Notes: a model not told the origin generated them from the sequence alone. Positions 37,801 through 60,719 are shown, counted from the first letter of the stretch. The stretch: 64,000 nt of DNA from Lytechinus pictus (GCF_037042905.1 NC_087251.1:20462001-20526000); one strand, 5' to 3'. Numbers and translations: made by a program.

Positions 37801-40061
37801 CACTTGCAATTCAAATTATAATGACGAGTCTATTAGACAGAGTGGCAGAGGCAGAATATGCGGTATGTATTGACTTTTGATTTGCTCTTGACCCCGAAGT
37901 AATAAAACTTGAACAAAGTTACTTAAGACACAAGTTCAATGAATCTTAAAAAATCCTAATTATAGAGAAATCTCAATTGTCTCTATCAGGCTTTGTGCAA
38001 AATATATTTACGAATTTTTTTACAAATAATTTTGTGTACAATACTTTTACGATGGAACTGAATTTCCATCTTTTTTTTTACCTTTGATGAATGGTGGTTT
38101 ATTATGATGCATTGATGAACGTAACTGTATTACCCATTTATTAAAATGCTCGTCTTTGTTGTTATCTCGTTTTAGTCTTTCAGCGAAGTCTTCTGATTGC
38201 TCTGATATGTCTCGCCGTTGGCTTCACTCTTTTTATCGTTTGCTGTGGTGCTCTGTGCTGCCGCTGGTCTAGACTTCAAAATATTTATGTAAGCATCCTG
38301 GTCATATATTTCCGTTTACTTTTCCTACGAAAAACATGAAACACTGCCCACGGCTTTCTAAGATTATTTCTTAACAATTATTCAAAACTGTGTTAATAGG
38401 AGAACATAATTAATATCTGTATCCTCATACTCGTCATGCTAATAAAATGGTTCTGTATATGCATCGGCTTAAAGATGTAAGTTATGGAGGAAGATTTCTT
38501 ATTCCTCCGTGGTGATATCTTTCAGTTTGGCAAAATGAATTTGCACTACTTAAATTTCCAGTGATATTTAGTTATGATTTATTTCTAATCCTAGGCTTTC
38601 CATGCTGGTCGAAAACCTGATGAATCATACAGGCCTCGTCGACCACACTCGAAAAGGAGCACCCGGTCTAAAGGACCTGACTTCTCTCATTCTAAACATT
38701 CAGAGTCCTCAAGAAACCCATCACCTCGTTTCACTGCGGATAGCACAGAGATGCCTAGTGAGGGCTTCTTTCATTCAGAACTCCCAAAGTCCTCGAGAAG
38801 AAACCTATCTCTTCCCTCCATTGCTGATAGCGTAAAGATGGCCCATGAGAACGATCGATCTGTAAGATCTGCTTTCAGCCCTCGTGCAGGTCCTTCATCT
38901 GCACGCAAATACCATTCTTATGCTTCTACCCGATACCCCTTGGAAAGGAATGACCGCTTCTTAAGGCCGTTTGTGGTAACTGGGAGTGAACCTACAGTAA
39001 GTGCTAAAAATCTCTGGCTTGTTTTGACCAATTTCCATGAAACAATCAATACTTTAAACTGTTGTTTTGAAATGATCGTGGAATGAATTAGCAGAAATAT
39101 CCAAATAGTTTATATTTCTGGCAGTCGTATATTATCCAATCGTTTATTCCGACTGCAAGCAATTTCCACCTATTAGAGCCTCTTTATTTACTATTGTCCA
39201 CGGCGGGCTGCAATTGCATATTAATGAGTCAGAAAGAAGAAGATCGAGTGTATTTGAATTCCAATTCATCGTGATTTAACCGTGAACCAGAATAGCCTGG
39301 TGGTTAAGTCGCTGCCCAGAAAGCAGTAGATGGCAGGTTCGAATCCCACTGGTTCCATTTTTTTCTGACTTATGATTTTCATTACAGATCGAGCATGCGA
39401 TCTTAAACACATAGGATTAATGCCGAAAATTTGTTTACAAATTCTGTTATAATTTCCTCCTATTAAAGCCTCTTCATTTACTATGCAAGCAACTTGTTGC
39501 ATCTTGTAGGTCATGTGTAGAAAATTACATTACACATTAGTATTATTGGTATTATTGTGTCTTGTTTCGACGCAAGGTAACCCAAATGACTCAATTACTC
39601 AGACAAACTACAATTACCTTGAAATACAGACATTATAACATTTTAATCCAATTTTAAAACTAGCGCTATGAAGTCGAAGCTATTTGGACATGTTGCAGGA
39701 ATTTAAAAAATGAATACTATAGATTTCATATTGTGCACGAAATATGAAGTCTAAATATCTTAAACAACAAGCAACCTGGATTTCTTCCTGTCTACCTACC
39801 TACGTAATATGAATCCTGGTAATGGGGATACTTTTTAAAAATAAAACCTGTCATTCATTCTCAATTTGAACATATTGTAAGGTAACGAGGGGATGTGCCT
39901 ATCACATTTTGCTTTCTATCTTCAGATAATCAGACTGTTTGTAGACCGTGATTAATTAACAACATTGTCTCAAATTCGTGTCCGTTCACTTTTAGGGATA
40001 TCAGAGGAGGATGTCGGAAGGAGGAGCTAAATTCGTCAAACAACCAAGATTTATTCCTTGA
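5982..40061 (+). CDS. Whole gene model (5'-partial, spliced): Mesh/SUSD2/MUC4-like transmembrane protein, AMOP-VWD-Sushi-HYRx18-EGF-EGF-SEA-EGF-TM-tail
   Basis: About 35 exons with AG/GT boundaries and compatible phases, and no in-frame stop when joined. Motifs recognised: QECCY (AMOP), GDPH..TLD..YTFNG.GEF (VWD), D.E.P.I.CP...DNSG...F.IG (HYR), EGF Cys spacing, GSVI (SEA), hydrophobic TM. Confidence 0.88.
6828..13628. mobile_element. 6.8-kb non-autonomous foldback DNA transposon (Academ-like termini)
   Basis: Termini TAGTAGAGCGGATTAGC...GCTAATCCGCTCTACTA flanked by TTA on both sides (6825-6827, 13629-13631). Inverted arms over 2 kb built from ~390-bp subrepeats. No transposase ORF. Superfamily is inferred from TAG..CTA ends and a 3-bp TSD. 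Confidence 0.88.
11316..11890. mobile_element. Kolobok-like MITE nested in the right arm of the foldback element
   Basis: TTAA|AGGAGAATGAAACCTTTGGAACAAG...CTTGTTCCAAAGGTTTCATTCCCCT|TTAA with ~200-bp imperfect TIRs. The flanks rejoin into a host subrepeat. Confidence 0.88.
14006..14193. mobile_element. hAT-like MITE (188 bp)
   Basis: CACTAGCGTACCTA...TAGGTACGCCACTG termini; exact 8-bp TSD GTGGAAGG (13998-14005, 14194-14201). Confidence 0.88.
14245..14520 (+). CDS. Exon: AMOP domain, N-terminal part
   Basis: ...WCAQW...PACPCTLWVAMLDFARFRRDPKC...CQFRPGAVHCVRA; ttaag| acceptor and |gtgatg donor. Confidence 0.9.
16098..16233 (+). CDS. Exon: AMOP domain (GGQECCYDSDGN), absent from the ORF track
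   Basis: tttcag| and |gtaatc; phase 2 to 0; AMOP QxCCY motif. Confidence 0.9.
16564..16726 (+). CDS. Exon: AMOP domain C-terminal part, absent from the ORF track
   Basis: VPFLSHFMADVLPWTYCC...CLQYTERRPSQLCNHYVPP; cag| and |gtaag. Confidence 0.9.
16781..16939. repeat. (TAG)n microsatellite
   Basis: Interrupted TAG run. Confidence 0.96.
17070..17204 (+). CDS. Exon: VWD domain start with GDPH motif
   Basis: ALGNGDPHIITLDMKKYTFNGHGEFILL; cacag| and |gtaat. Confidence 0.92.
17397..17564 (+). CDS. Exon: VWD domain
   Basis: ttgcag|..NATVFVAVAAQ..|gtact; phase 1-1. Confidence 0.85.
18022..18279 (+). CDS. Exon: VWD domain C-terminal part
   Basis: TRGLMGTWTDDVSDDFMTPDG...IYFQFG; |gtaag. Confidence 0.9.
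18738..18992 (+). CDS. Exon: post-VWD Cys-containing region (CNGDEFCIFDLQVTG)
   Basis: ttttcag| and |gtaag; motif typical of the SUSD2/Mesh/MUC4 region after VWD. Confidence 0.88.
19522..19695 (+). CDS. Exon: Sushi/CCP domain
   Basis: CP.L..P..G...NYTCIEGY......IMCQSDGSWS....RC. Confidence 0.92.
20167..20412 (+). CDS. Exon: HYR domain 1
   Basis: 246 bp, phase 1-1, HYR consensus. Confidence 0.9.
20803..21051 (+). CDS. Exon: HYR domain 2 (module copy 1, exon A)
   Basis: 249 bp, phase 1-1, DNEDPTIQCP...CSFWVNVT. Confidence 0.9.
21463..21723 (+). CDS. Exon: HYR domain 3 (copy 1, exon B)
   Basis: 261 bp, phase 1-1, DMEQPMITCP...CTFLINVI. Confidence 0.9.
22004..22249 (+). CDS. Exon: HYR domain 4 (copy 1, exon C)
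   Basis: 246 bp, phase 1-1. Confidence 0.9.
22779..23027 (+). CDS. Exon: HYR domain 5 (copy 2, exon A)
   Basis: 249 bp, near-identical to 20803-21051. Confidence 0.9.
23482..23742 (+). CDS. Exon: HYR domain 6 (copy 2, exon B)
   Basis: 261 bp, near-identical to 21463-21723. Confidence 0.9.
24028..24273 (+). CDS. Exon: HYR domain 7 (copy 2, exon C)
   Basis: 246 bp, near-identical to 22004-22249. Confidence 0.9.
24529..24655. repeat. Near-perfect 127-bp palindrome inside a ~1-kb copy-specific insertion (~24490-25495)
   Basis: atcgtaaaatagcc...catgcactcatcggag-aaaatttta-ctccgatgagtgcatg...ggctattttacgat. Confidence 0.92.
25755..26003 (+). CDS. Exon: HYR domain 8 (copy 3, exon A)
   Basis: 249 bp, phase 1-1. 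Confidence 0.9.
26410..26670 (+). CDS. Exon: HYR domain 9 (copy 3, exon B)
   Basis: 261 bp, phase 1-1. Confidence 0.9.
26843..29250. mobile_element. 2.4-kb composite non-autonomous hAT-like element
   Basis: TIR CATGGGCGGAAATC...GATTTCCGCCCATG; exact 8-bp TSD CTTCTTCG. Absent from the paralogous introns of copies 1 and 2. Confidence 0.92.
29419..29664 (+). CDS. Exon: HYR domain 10 (copy 3, exon C)
   Basis: 246 bp, phase 1-1. Confidence 0.9.
30215..30460 (+). CDS. Exon: HYR domain 11
   Basis: 246 bp, DDEDPTIQCP...CSFAINVT. Confidence 0.9.
30913..31161 (+). CDS. Exon: HYR domain 12
   Basis: 249 bp, phase 1-1. Confidence 0.9.
31405..31650 (+). CDS. Exon: HYR domain 13 (divergent; lacks DNSG)
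   Basis: 246 bp, phase 1-1. Confidence 0.87.
32101..32346 (+). CDS. Exon: HYR domain 14
   Basis: 246 bp, phase 1-1. Confidence 0.9.
32841..33089 (+). CDS. Exon: HYR domain 15
   Basis: 249 bp, phase 1-1. Confidence 0.9.
33404..33681 (+). mobile_element. tRNA-derived SINE
   Basis: A box TGGTCTAGTGG, B box GGTTTGAATCC, central cactcgacccaggtg...aatgggtacc block resembling conserved invertebrate SINE cores, and an (ATT)n-like tail. Confidence 0.8.
33707..33952 (+). CDS. Exon: HYR domain 16
   Basis: 246 bp, phase 1-1. Confidence 0.9.
34229..34483 (+). CDS. Exon: HYR domain 17, absent from the ORF track
   Basis: 255 bp, DNEPPFVSCP...DNSG...FDIGVTNVTY...CSFIIEIR. Confidence 0.9.
34914..35159 (+). 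CDS. Exon: HYR domain 18
   Basis: 246 bp, phase 1-1. Confidence 0.9.
35701..35918. mobile_element. Palindromic MITE with CACAG...CTGTG ends and TA flanks (CACTA/EnSpm-like)
   Basis: TA|CACAGTAAAAA...TTTTTACTGTG|TA; inverted match tgtttactatatgaaccttacagta / tactgtaaggttcatatagtaaaca. Confidence 0.82.
35941..36054 (+). CDS. Exon: EGF-like domain
   Basis: CISNPCRNGGTC......CRCSDGFQGQTCQ. Confidence 0.92.
36338..36448 (+). CDS. Exon: short EGF-like domain
   Basis: CESGSNACDSTEECADSVCRCRPNFIRINGVC; |gtaag. Confidence 0.85.
36832..36959 (+). CDS. Exon: SEA domain, first half
   Basis: RYRLTLTAISL...LDYVDSLSDPSSDEFQSIAEDF; phase 1 to 0. Confidence 0.82.
37284..37482 (+). CDS. Exon: SEA domain, second half with GSVI motif
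   Basis: ITVVQLESGSVIFTF; catcag| and |gtatg; phase 0 to 1. Confidence 0.85.
37719..37862 (+). CDS. Exon: calcium-binding EGF domain
   Basis: DFDECA...NDCSPNANCRNTIGSYECTC...GRIC. Confidence 0.92.
38176..38288 (+). CDS. Exon: transmembrane helix plus juxtamembrane Cys cluster
   Basis: LLIALICLAVGFTLFIVCCGALCCRWSR; tttag| and |gtaag. Confidence 0.85.
38595..38996 (+). CDS. Exon: Ser/Arg/Pro-rich cytoplasmic tail
   Basis: 402 bp open in phase 0, in frame with ORF 38751; |gtaagt. Confidence 0.78.
39283..39357 (+). pseudogene. Degenerate tRNA-like sequence or SINE head
   Basis: A-box-like TAGCCTGGTGG, B box GGTTCGAATCC, GAACCAG/CTGGTTC closing stem, GCTGC/GCAGT stem with a 7-nt loop, followed by T7. 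The T-stem is mismatched. Confidence 0.5.
39996..40061 (+). CDS. Probable terminal exon (GYQRRMSEGGAKFVKQPRFIP*)
   Basis: Pyrimidine tract plus tttag acceptor, phase 0. A competing acceptor at 39925 also exists. Confidence 0.5.
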   Translation, partial: GYQRRMSEGGAKFVKQPRFIP

Positions 40062-41602
40062 AACAAATCGAGGTGACAAGCTTCGCGAATTTGGGACAGC
40101 ATCGACACTCATTGAGCAGTTGAGGCGGTGTATGACGCCGACGATTTAGATGATGTCGTTATGATAGGATTTAGCGGCTTGGTAGAACATTTCTATTTAC
40201 TTTGATCGCGATTTCATGGCAGTGTATATTTCAGAAAACGTTCAATACCATCTAGCGGTAAAATGAATTACTGCCATGAACGATTATTTTATAGTCATGT
40301 TTATCATTTAAACGAATGATTTTCATGAATATGTGCCAACGGTACTTTGCTATTTGAAACTTTCACATTTTAGTGATGGAAAGTAGGCTACATCTTCAGG
40401 ACAGAAGATTTTTTTTTCAGACAAGTGAAGTCGCATGTTATATTTGCCGATTTAAAATGATCTCAGCTTTCATTATTGACTGTATTTGACTATGTATGTG
40501 AATCATCATTCTGTTCACCAGAGAATCGTTATTGTTATCACCACTGACGAGTTGTCAACTCTGAACTACTCCGCAAAATCCATGGTTTGATTGGCTTAGA
40601 AGCAATTATATCTAATTATTACATGAGTCAAAGAAGGGCATCTTGTCAGCCCTGAGAAACTTGGTGAATACAAACAAAATACCAACAGTCGTGTTTTTTT
40701 CTTCTTCGAATTACTTGTCTCCAGCAAGTTTACTTTATTAAAAATGACGGGTTTCGTTTAATCTTCTATTTGAGCGTATCGTTCGATGAAAGAACAAGCA
40801 ATAATATTAATCTAACAGGTGACAGTATATATTTTATGTCCTATGATTAAATCTGTAGTGTAGTTTTGTGGAATGTAATACACTGCCTAATCCTATATTT
40901 GATCAAGTAATTGTGCTTTATTCACATTTGTATGAACGGTGTAACTGATATATTTATTTCCAAGACCTTAAACCTTAAAGAACAGTGTCATCCAGAGTCA
41001 AGAAGGAAGAACATTTGACTTGGACAATTTATTTTTTTGTGATCTCTGTAATAGTGTATTTATACAAGTCATGTATGTTTTGATGGGAATGAAAATGTAT
41101 TTTCAGGCAAGTAATCTTAATCTGCTTTGGAGTTAATTATGTTCTAGGACAAAAGGTGATTCTTATGAATAAAAAAATTAGCTATAGCTATGTGCAATCA
41201 GTTGATGTTCAATATTGGTAGAATATAAATCCGAAGACATCTATCTTATCTGGTCCAAAGACGATAATAAAAGTCCGTGTCATGCTTAAAAATATACAAC
41301 AAATAATATCTGTGCTCGCCAGCGCTTTTCAAAAGTTCAGTCGTTCCTGTATGATTTGTAGTTAAGTATTGAACCCTTCAGATTCTTCAAAAAAAAGTTA
41401 TCTCACATTATAATATAAAAAAGGCAGAATGTTCATGGGGACATAAAAAAGAAGCCTCAATCTAAGCATGTTTAAAAAAAGATACAAGTGGCATTTCAGA
41501 CATTGGTGGAGGTGTCCTCGGTTAACACTGACATTTCACACTTATGGCTCCTTGTTTGGAGTTTAAGTTTTAAACGAATTATCTCACAATGTCCATGTTC
41601 AC

Positions 41603-41942
41603 CATGGCCCTGGGAAGCGGGGGTGCTGTGTATATTATTTCCCATATGCAGCGCCCACAAGAATTTTGGTACGTGTTAACAAATGGTGAAATGTAAGCAA
41701 AATGTCCTATATTTTGTAGTGAAACCTTTTTTTTGCTTGTCAAATTCCTCTGGACAGAAACAAATTTTATTTTGTAAAAAAATCCCCCCTTTTTGTTTGC
41801 TTTTTGCTTTTTTTTTTGCTTGTCAAATTTCCCGTGACAGAAATGACCTTTGTAATGTGGTGAAAACCTTTTTTTTTTTTTTTTTTGCTTGCCAAATTCA
41901 CATCAGCAACCTCAGTAAAAAAAGATCGTTCCCAGGGCCCTG
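41603..41942. mobile_element. Degenerate hAT-like MITE
   Basis: CATGGCCCTGGGAA...TTCCCAGGGCCCTG; flanking 8-mers match at only 5/8; internal direct repeats. Confidence 0.6.
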
Positions 41943-42810
41943 CGGTTGACGGGAAAATACAAGTAAGTGTGTGTATGACACCATAGTCACAATTTGGTAA
42001 ACCCGAACTTAGCTTCTTGTAATTGGTTGTTAACTATGATCCTGAAGAACCCCGATATTGCAAGTTAATGGAGCCTCAGAGTGAAAACATGTGGTTTGAT
42101 AATCATGATTATTGAACATGTTGAAATAGCATATACTAATCATCAATTCCCAATCACAGTTGTAAAAACACATTCACCATTATTCTTAGCACGAAAATGA
42201 CCAACATTTCTTACTTATTTTCAAATTTGAAGAGGATTTTGATATGCAAATGCATGTTTTGTTTTCTGTAGCTGGAAAGAGATAGTGTTTTATGAAGTAG
42301 TAAATAATCTGCATACAGTGCGTATATGCACAATAAAACCAGCGTAACTTGAAGAACGGCATTATTAAATACCTCAGGACTTCATTGCATGAATTGAATT
42401 TGCCTAGGCGGTACATTTACCAGTCATAGAAAATTACACTAAATCCTTATGTGTTGTAGTTGCCATCGATGGCAAAAATTATATTTGAATAATGAGGAAC
42501 AGAATCACAATTTTTATCTAAAATATTGATTTCCATTTTTATACTCACTATATAATGTATATTCATAATCATGTACTCGGAGAAAACGCTAAATTGTGTA
42601 CAAACTATAAAGGAAAACTTGAATATATAGAATTCTTTTAATGAATGATTGAAACATTTTAAATTTAGTTTCTCACTTATTTCATCATAAATCTAATGCA
42701 TATGATTAGGCTCGTTCATTTTATTCTTTCGATTGTGGAAGAACCTTATTTTAATACTTTCTTTTCAACATGTTCAATCAAAATGAGGCATATTCGAATG
42801 AAGGAACATG

Positions 42811-42947
42811 ATGAATGAATGAATGAATGAATGAATGAATGAATGAATGAATGAATGAATGAATGAATGAATGAATGAATGAATGAATGAATGAATGAAT
42901 GAATAAATGGATGGATGGATGGATGGATGAATGAATAAATGAATGAA
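42811..42947. repeat. (GAAT)n/(GGAT)n microsatellite
   Basis: Direct reading. Confidence 0.96.
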
Positions 42948-45388
42948 CTGTGTTTATTTTATTACATTTTTTGCATTGGTACTGATAGCGTTCTATGGTA
43001 CTATCCTAATTCCTATAATGATTTTACGTGTACAACAAAGAGAAAGAGAGCGGGAATTAGAGATTAAGAAAAAAAGGAAAGGAGTCGTATATGAGTGCCA
43101 AGATAACAGTAAATCTTAATGGATAATAATTGATTGTGATCAGGTAAAAACAATGTGTAATTTTTAGGATTGAACTTATGATGTGCTAAAATATACTTTA
43201 CTGTAAAGAAACTTTGCAATATTTGAAACAGTAATAATTAGTATGCTGTGAATTTCATTAATGTACACATGTTTTCAAGTTTGATGTACAAATTATTACA
43301 AGTAATATTGTCCTTTTAGTTCGTACTTAAATGTTTATTTTTGTTGTGTTATAATTTATCTCTTTGAGAGAGAAAATTGTATACTCGATTAACGCCGAAG
43401 CAGAATGCATCTTGGTCTTGCCTAATGTGTCAGCTAGGAGGAAGCCATGGATATGTAACAGGAGTTCAAGAATGTGGCTCGTATTCTGAAATCCGGTCTA
43501 ACTTATTATCATGTTCAAACTATTGCCTATAACTACGGGAAACTGAAAATGTGCTTTACATTGGATGTTTCTTATGTTTTACCGTGTTCTTTCTGAATGC
43601 TTTAATCATGTTAATGACGAAAAAGACATTTTTATTACTTATTTCTTCATTATTTTTTTCTTCAAATTAATCAAATTAATTGTCTTCCACCATGCGCTCT
43701 CAAAACAAATAAGTCAAAATGACTAGTTAATTGTGCTATGCGACAATTATTTTCTTCGTTTGAAATAAACATTTGCAGTATCTAAACAGAAATGTATGTG
43801 TTGTGACTTTCATTGAGTAAAAAAAGATGATGATTTAGCCGAAAATATAGACACACTGCCACTCTAATATTAGTTAAATACAAGAGCATTTATTGCACAA
43901 AATACCTGCACTTAGAATTCAAGGAGAATATACAACACATATGGACAATAACAGAAGTTGCTTCAGTCAGATGATGGGCGTGACTGGTATTTACAGTGAT
44001 ATAAAATGTGTATACGGTAATTGTTTAACGGTATCAAAATTCAGAGCAACAGATATAGTCACATTTATTTGACTGACAAATATCATCCTTGTCAATATTG
44101 GTACAACCAATTTTAACAAAATTCTAGAAACATCATCTGAAAATAATTCCCAGGTCTTTAAAAAGTTACTCGAAAAGTAAATTTCAGCGAGAGGGAATTG
44201 GCGTAAATTATACAATTCGAGTAAAACACATTTTTAAAGTAAAATATCAAACACTTATTGTTACTAGTCGGTGTATTAATTTTTTTTTACAAAGTTATCT
44301 ACAATTGAATTTAGCCATCAAATTCTCTCGATATTCATTTCTTGTGGATAAATCATGACAGTGTAAATCGGTTCTGTCCATAAGCTGTGTTTGTAAATAT
44401 CATGACTAAAACACATGGTTCAGAATATCGAATTCGGAATTTGCTCTATGATTTTAAGTCATTAAATCACCAGAAACTTTATAGGAAAAAGATAGCAAGT
44501 TTAACATATCAACCAATCAACGGTAATAAAAATATTTAGATTAAAAACTATTATCTGCATAATATGCAGAGAATAATTGTTTATCTGAACAAATTTATAA
44601 CAATTTTTAATGCAAAAAATATATTGCAAAATATTAATTTTGCAAAATAATATCAGCATTCCTATTCAAATGAAAAAGAAGAATATGTACAGTGGAAGGT
44701 TTTTGTTTTTGTTTTTTGTATAAAAAGTGGAATTCTATATTGCAATTTCGATAATATGCCTCTTTTGAATACCACGTGATATAAAGTAGATAATTGTAGG
44801 CTTACTTTTGATTGACTGTATATTTATATAGCCAATTGAAATTTACAACATTACATATTGTTATATTTTAATTCTGAGTGTTTTTCTTTATATGTGAATG
44901 CCAAGAAAGAGGAAATATTTGTAAGAAGGTGTTTGGGTTCCCCGTGATTTTAAGTTCAAATTTCTTTACTAATGACTTGCTAGCAATTAGGACTGATACC
45001 TTATCAAGAATTGAAATGCCTGCAATGTGCAAAAATGCCACAATCATTACGAAGATGAATAATGCGTGGGGTGGGTGGTGAATAGGTTTGAAGAAGAATT
45101 GTAATATCAACGCCATTTCATAAAGCAAAGAATCGAAAAATGCATCCGTATACGAATCCAGGAATTTATCAATAATCGAGATGCATACAGGATATCTTGG
45201 TGAATTTTATGTACGCGGCCTGTCTTCGCGTATCAGTTGCCAGCGTCGATACCATTGCTTCATCAGGGCTAGCTGTCACGTGCTAGTAGTGATTAAATGC
45301 ATGTGACCAAGTTAAAAATATCAAACATCATTCAATCATGCCGACAAGTATTTTCATAGTTTCTCATTGGAGTCTTTTTATATCGATC

Positions 45389-57250
<11,862 letters not shown>

Positions 57251-60200
57251 CTTGGATTCGACTCCCTGAACCTCAGTTGAGCTTCACATTCAAGATACAA
57301 TATCCAACCGCTCCTGCGGCGTGTGCACACAAATAATTAATACGCTCACATCAAAAGTTCGTATGTATTCCAGTGTGGTAAGGTGTCAAATAGATTCCTT
57401 TTCATAAAACAAATCTCTCCACAAGATCGTGTAAACCCGTCCAATACACGTTTCGTATTCTGATCATGTGAACTCGAAACCAAAATTTCATCTGCATGAC
57501 TTCGTTGTCTGCTGGCTCATTCCGAGTGTAATGGTGGCGTCGAAGGAGGGGGTCGGGGGGGGGGTGTTATGGGAAGTCGTCTGGAAACTATTTCCAAATT
57601 GTTTGCTCTGGAGAAAGCTACTTGGGTGGCTTGGACATCGAGAGGGACACGCTTCTATTCCTGTTTATTGAATTGCACTTGCCCCTCATAGCCAAGCATT
57701 TCATTAATTAGCTGGGATATGATTCTAGGGGGTATGAAAGGTGACTGAAAAGCAGCCATGGTGGAATAATAGAGTAAATTCATTATCTTTAGATGGGCAA
57801 TGATGAACCAAATGCAAGAACAAAATAGCAAAAATGAATCATATCACAGAAAATTTGTTTCCCTATTGATTCAACTTGTATAGGCCATAATGCAAACGTT
57901 CGCAATATCCGATATAAAAAAATATTATGAGAAAGTTATATCATTCTTAAGATAGCTGTGGATGGTCGTCGCAATTCTCAGTTGGCGGCTGTCGAGAATG
58001 GATCTATCTACAGCAAATCTTCTCACTCCTTCACCGTCCGCAATCCGTGAAAAGTCGATTTGTTCGCTTTTCTTGTACAATATCCCTTGTTCTTTGGATT
58101 CATTCCTTCTCCTCCCCGAATCCAAACCGAACATACTCCTCCCTATTTTCCCCCACACCTCGTAATCACCGTCACATCTACGTCATGCACCTAAGCTCCC
58201 CCTTCCTCGATTCCGTCGTGAGATTCATCCCCGTTGTTAAGCTCATCTCTTCCTCTCCTCCTTGGCCCCTCCCGGAAGAGCGCACATGACAGAAGCATAA
58301 TTGTAACTTCCTTTCAACTGTCGAGTTGTTCAAACCACAGCAGCGACATGCTGCATCGGATCACTCGGCTATAGTGAAGGAGAAAATGATGTAACCAATC
58401 AATATGAAGTTTAATTTCATCCAAAATCAAAATTATATTCCTTAAGAATACGGCTCAGATTGTTTCCAGTTGCATTTCATTTGTGTCATTTTGTCAAAAT
58501 CTGTTAGATAATAAGTATCATGCACCGCTATATATTCTTTATTTGATAATGAAAGTTTGGAACAGTTTTAAGAATATAGGCATAACCTTTCTTTCGGTTC
58601 TGATATATTTTATTTTATTTTAGCTTATTGATTGCATGCATGCAATTTTACTCTGATGAAAAGATTCAGTGTTAAATGCTATTTCCGATGGATAATATAA
58701 AGTGTATAACCCCATTTCCTACACGATATCATTTCTATTTTTATTCTCCCCCTTTTTAATTTTACATGTAATTGGGCGGATCCACCTTTTACAAATATAC
58801 CGGGGAGGGGTGGAAAAAATTATCCTCTATCGGCAACATCGGCCGATCGATGTCGAATATCTAAAAGCTAGAGAGGGGGTAGTCCCAGAGGGTGAAGTTT
58901 AACGACCGTTCTAACATTATTTTTACAATCATGATAAAGCCTAGTAATGTAAGCGCGTGCTAACACTCTGTGATATGTATTTAGACCTGAAAACTAAAGA
59001 ATTAAGCACCAGTTGTAATCGTGAATAAGATAAAATATTAGTAATTTTCAGCAACTTTGGGGGAATGAGTATATGTACCTCACAAAACAAATAGTGTTAG
59101 CACAAAGCGCTTGCATGTTTTCCTTCTCCTCTTCTTTTCTATTCTTCTTCCTCCTCCCCCAATAATACAATAAATTCTATCAAAATAACTGTAACATAAT
59201 CATAATAATCTCATTGACAATGTCAAATATCTACTTGCATTGGTGTATAAATTTTTATTCCATAAGCATGTATATATCTCGCATTAAATTCAATAACATT
59301 TAACAGTTACAAAAATATATATAAAACACATGTTTTACATGTTGAACATAATGACATGTCAACCATAAACAAAGCCCATTGCCAACTGAGAATTATAACG
59401 GCAAATCTATAGATAGGCAGCAACTTTTGCTGCTTAAAAACTGCTTTAGAAGAATCTAATAACATTAATACAGCAAATATCTTTTCACCACATGATTAAA
59501 CTTGAGGATGAGTTTAAAAGTGTAAATAATTTACCCCCAAAATATAAGGTGATCAGGACATTGATGACGAGAAAGAAAGCTTCATATTCAAGTAAAAAAA
59601 AAGAAAGAAAACGAACAAAACAAAGATCCATAAGTGTACGTAACAATACCATGGGAATGATTGAAAAGGGCAAATTAATGTGTCAAATTCTTCATATGTT
59701 GGTGGCAAATAATCATGGATAGATAGAGAAATGGAAATATGAATATTTTGAAATGCAATCAAGAACTGAATTCTGTGGTACCCCTTGCATTGTAGAATGT
59801 TCCCCACTGCTTGTTATGAAGGAAAGGCTATCTAATGGAAACTACCATGGTTGCGATGTTCAACAGCTAATCAGAATAATTGATTTCAGGAAAATTACCA
59901 TTGTATGGCGAAGTTACTAAAAAAGTAACTTTTATGCAATGGGCCCCTGGTGATTCTGGTCAATAAAATGTTCTGGTATATTTTGATTTTGATGAAATTT
60001 TTCAGGGCTTCATATTTACACTATATCAATCATCCAATGATAAAAACCTTAGTGCTTGATTGCAGGGCTCATTTGATTACATTGAGCATTACATACAATC
60101 TAGTGTACAAATCAGTTGCTGTACAATTAATCACAAAGTTTGCAACCAAGCCTGTAACCAACAAAAAGCTTAGCAATCACCATAGAACTGTTTATTTATG

Positions 60201-60719
60201 ATTGATTGCATTGACTGCAATGGACAATTGTGAAAATCAAGCATAAGATTAATTGCTAACATTTCTGTTATGAGAGCAAGGTCATGAAGCTAAGATTTTA
60301 CTACCAAATACATAGCACTTGCTAAAGATATTGTTTCATGAGTAACGGGAGTGGGGAAGCCCCTCTTGCAACTCTCTCAGATAAAAAGTGCTGTAATAGA
60401 TAACAAATACATGCAAGGCACCAATCATATTCAATAACATTGATATTTACTGGATGACACACACAGAACGTATACTAGTCCGATTTTAACAAAAGGTCAT
60501 AATTTCCATTGACCTATTCATTAATATCATATTAAACTAATCGATAAAATAAAAAAGAAAGGGCGCTGTATATCATGTCTTATACTTCTTTATTACTGTT
60601 CAATAATCGGGATAAGCATTTCATTTACTTTCATTTTCAATGTAGAAATTCCCTGATCACACTTCCTTCATAAATAAACACGATATACAGACAAAACACT
60701 GTTGATCTTGTTGGATGGA

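Noticed and set aside
57925..58289. Possible RTE-LINE 3' remnant or coding exon upstream of the Arl gene
   Set aside because: Only a faint resemblance with stops in the likely frames; it cannot be supported without a database search.
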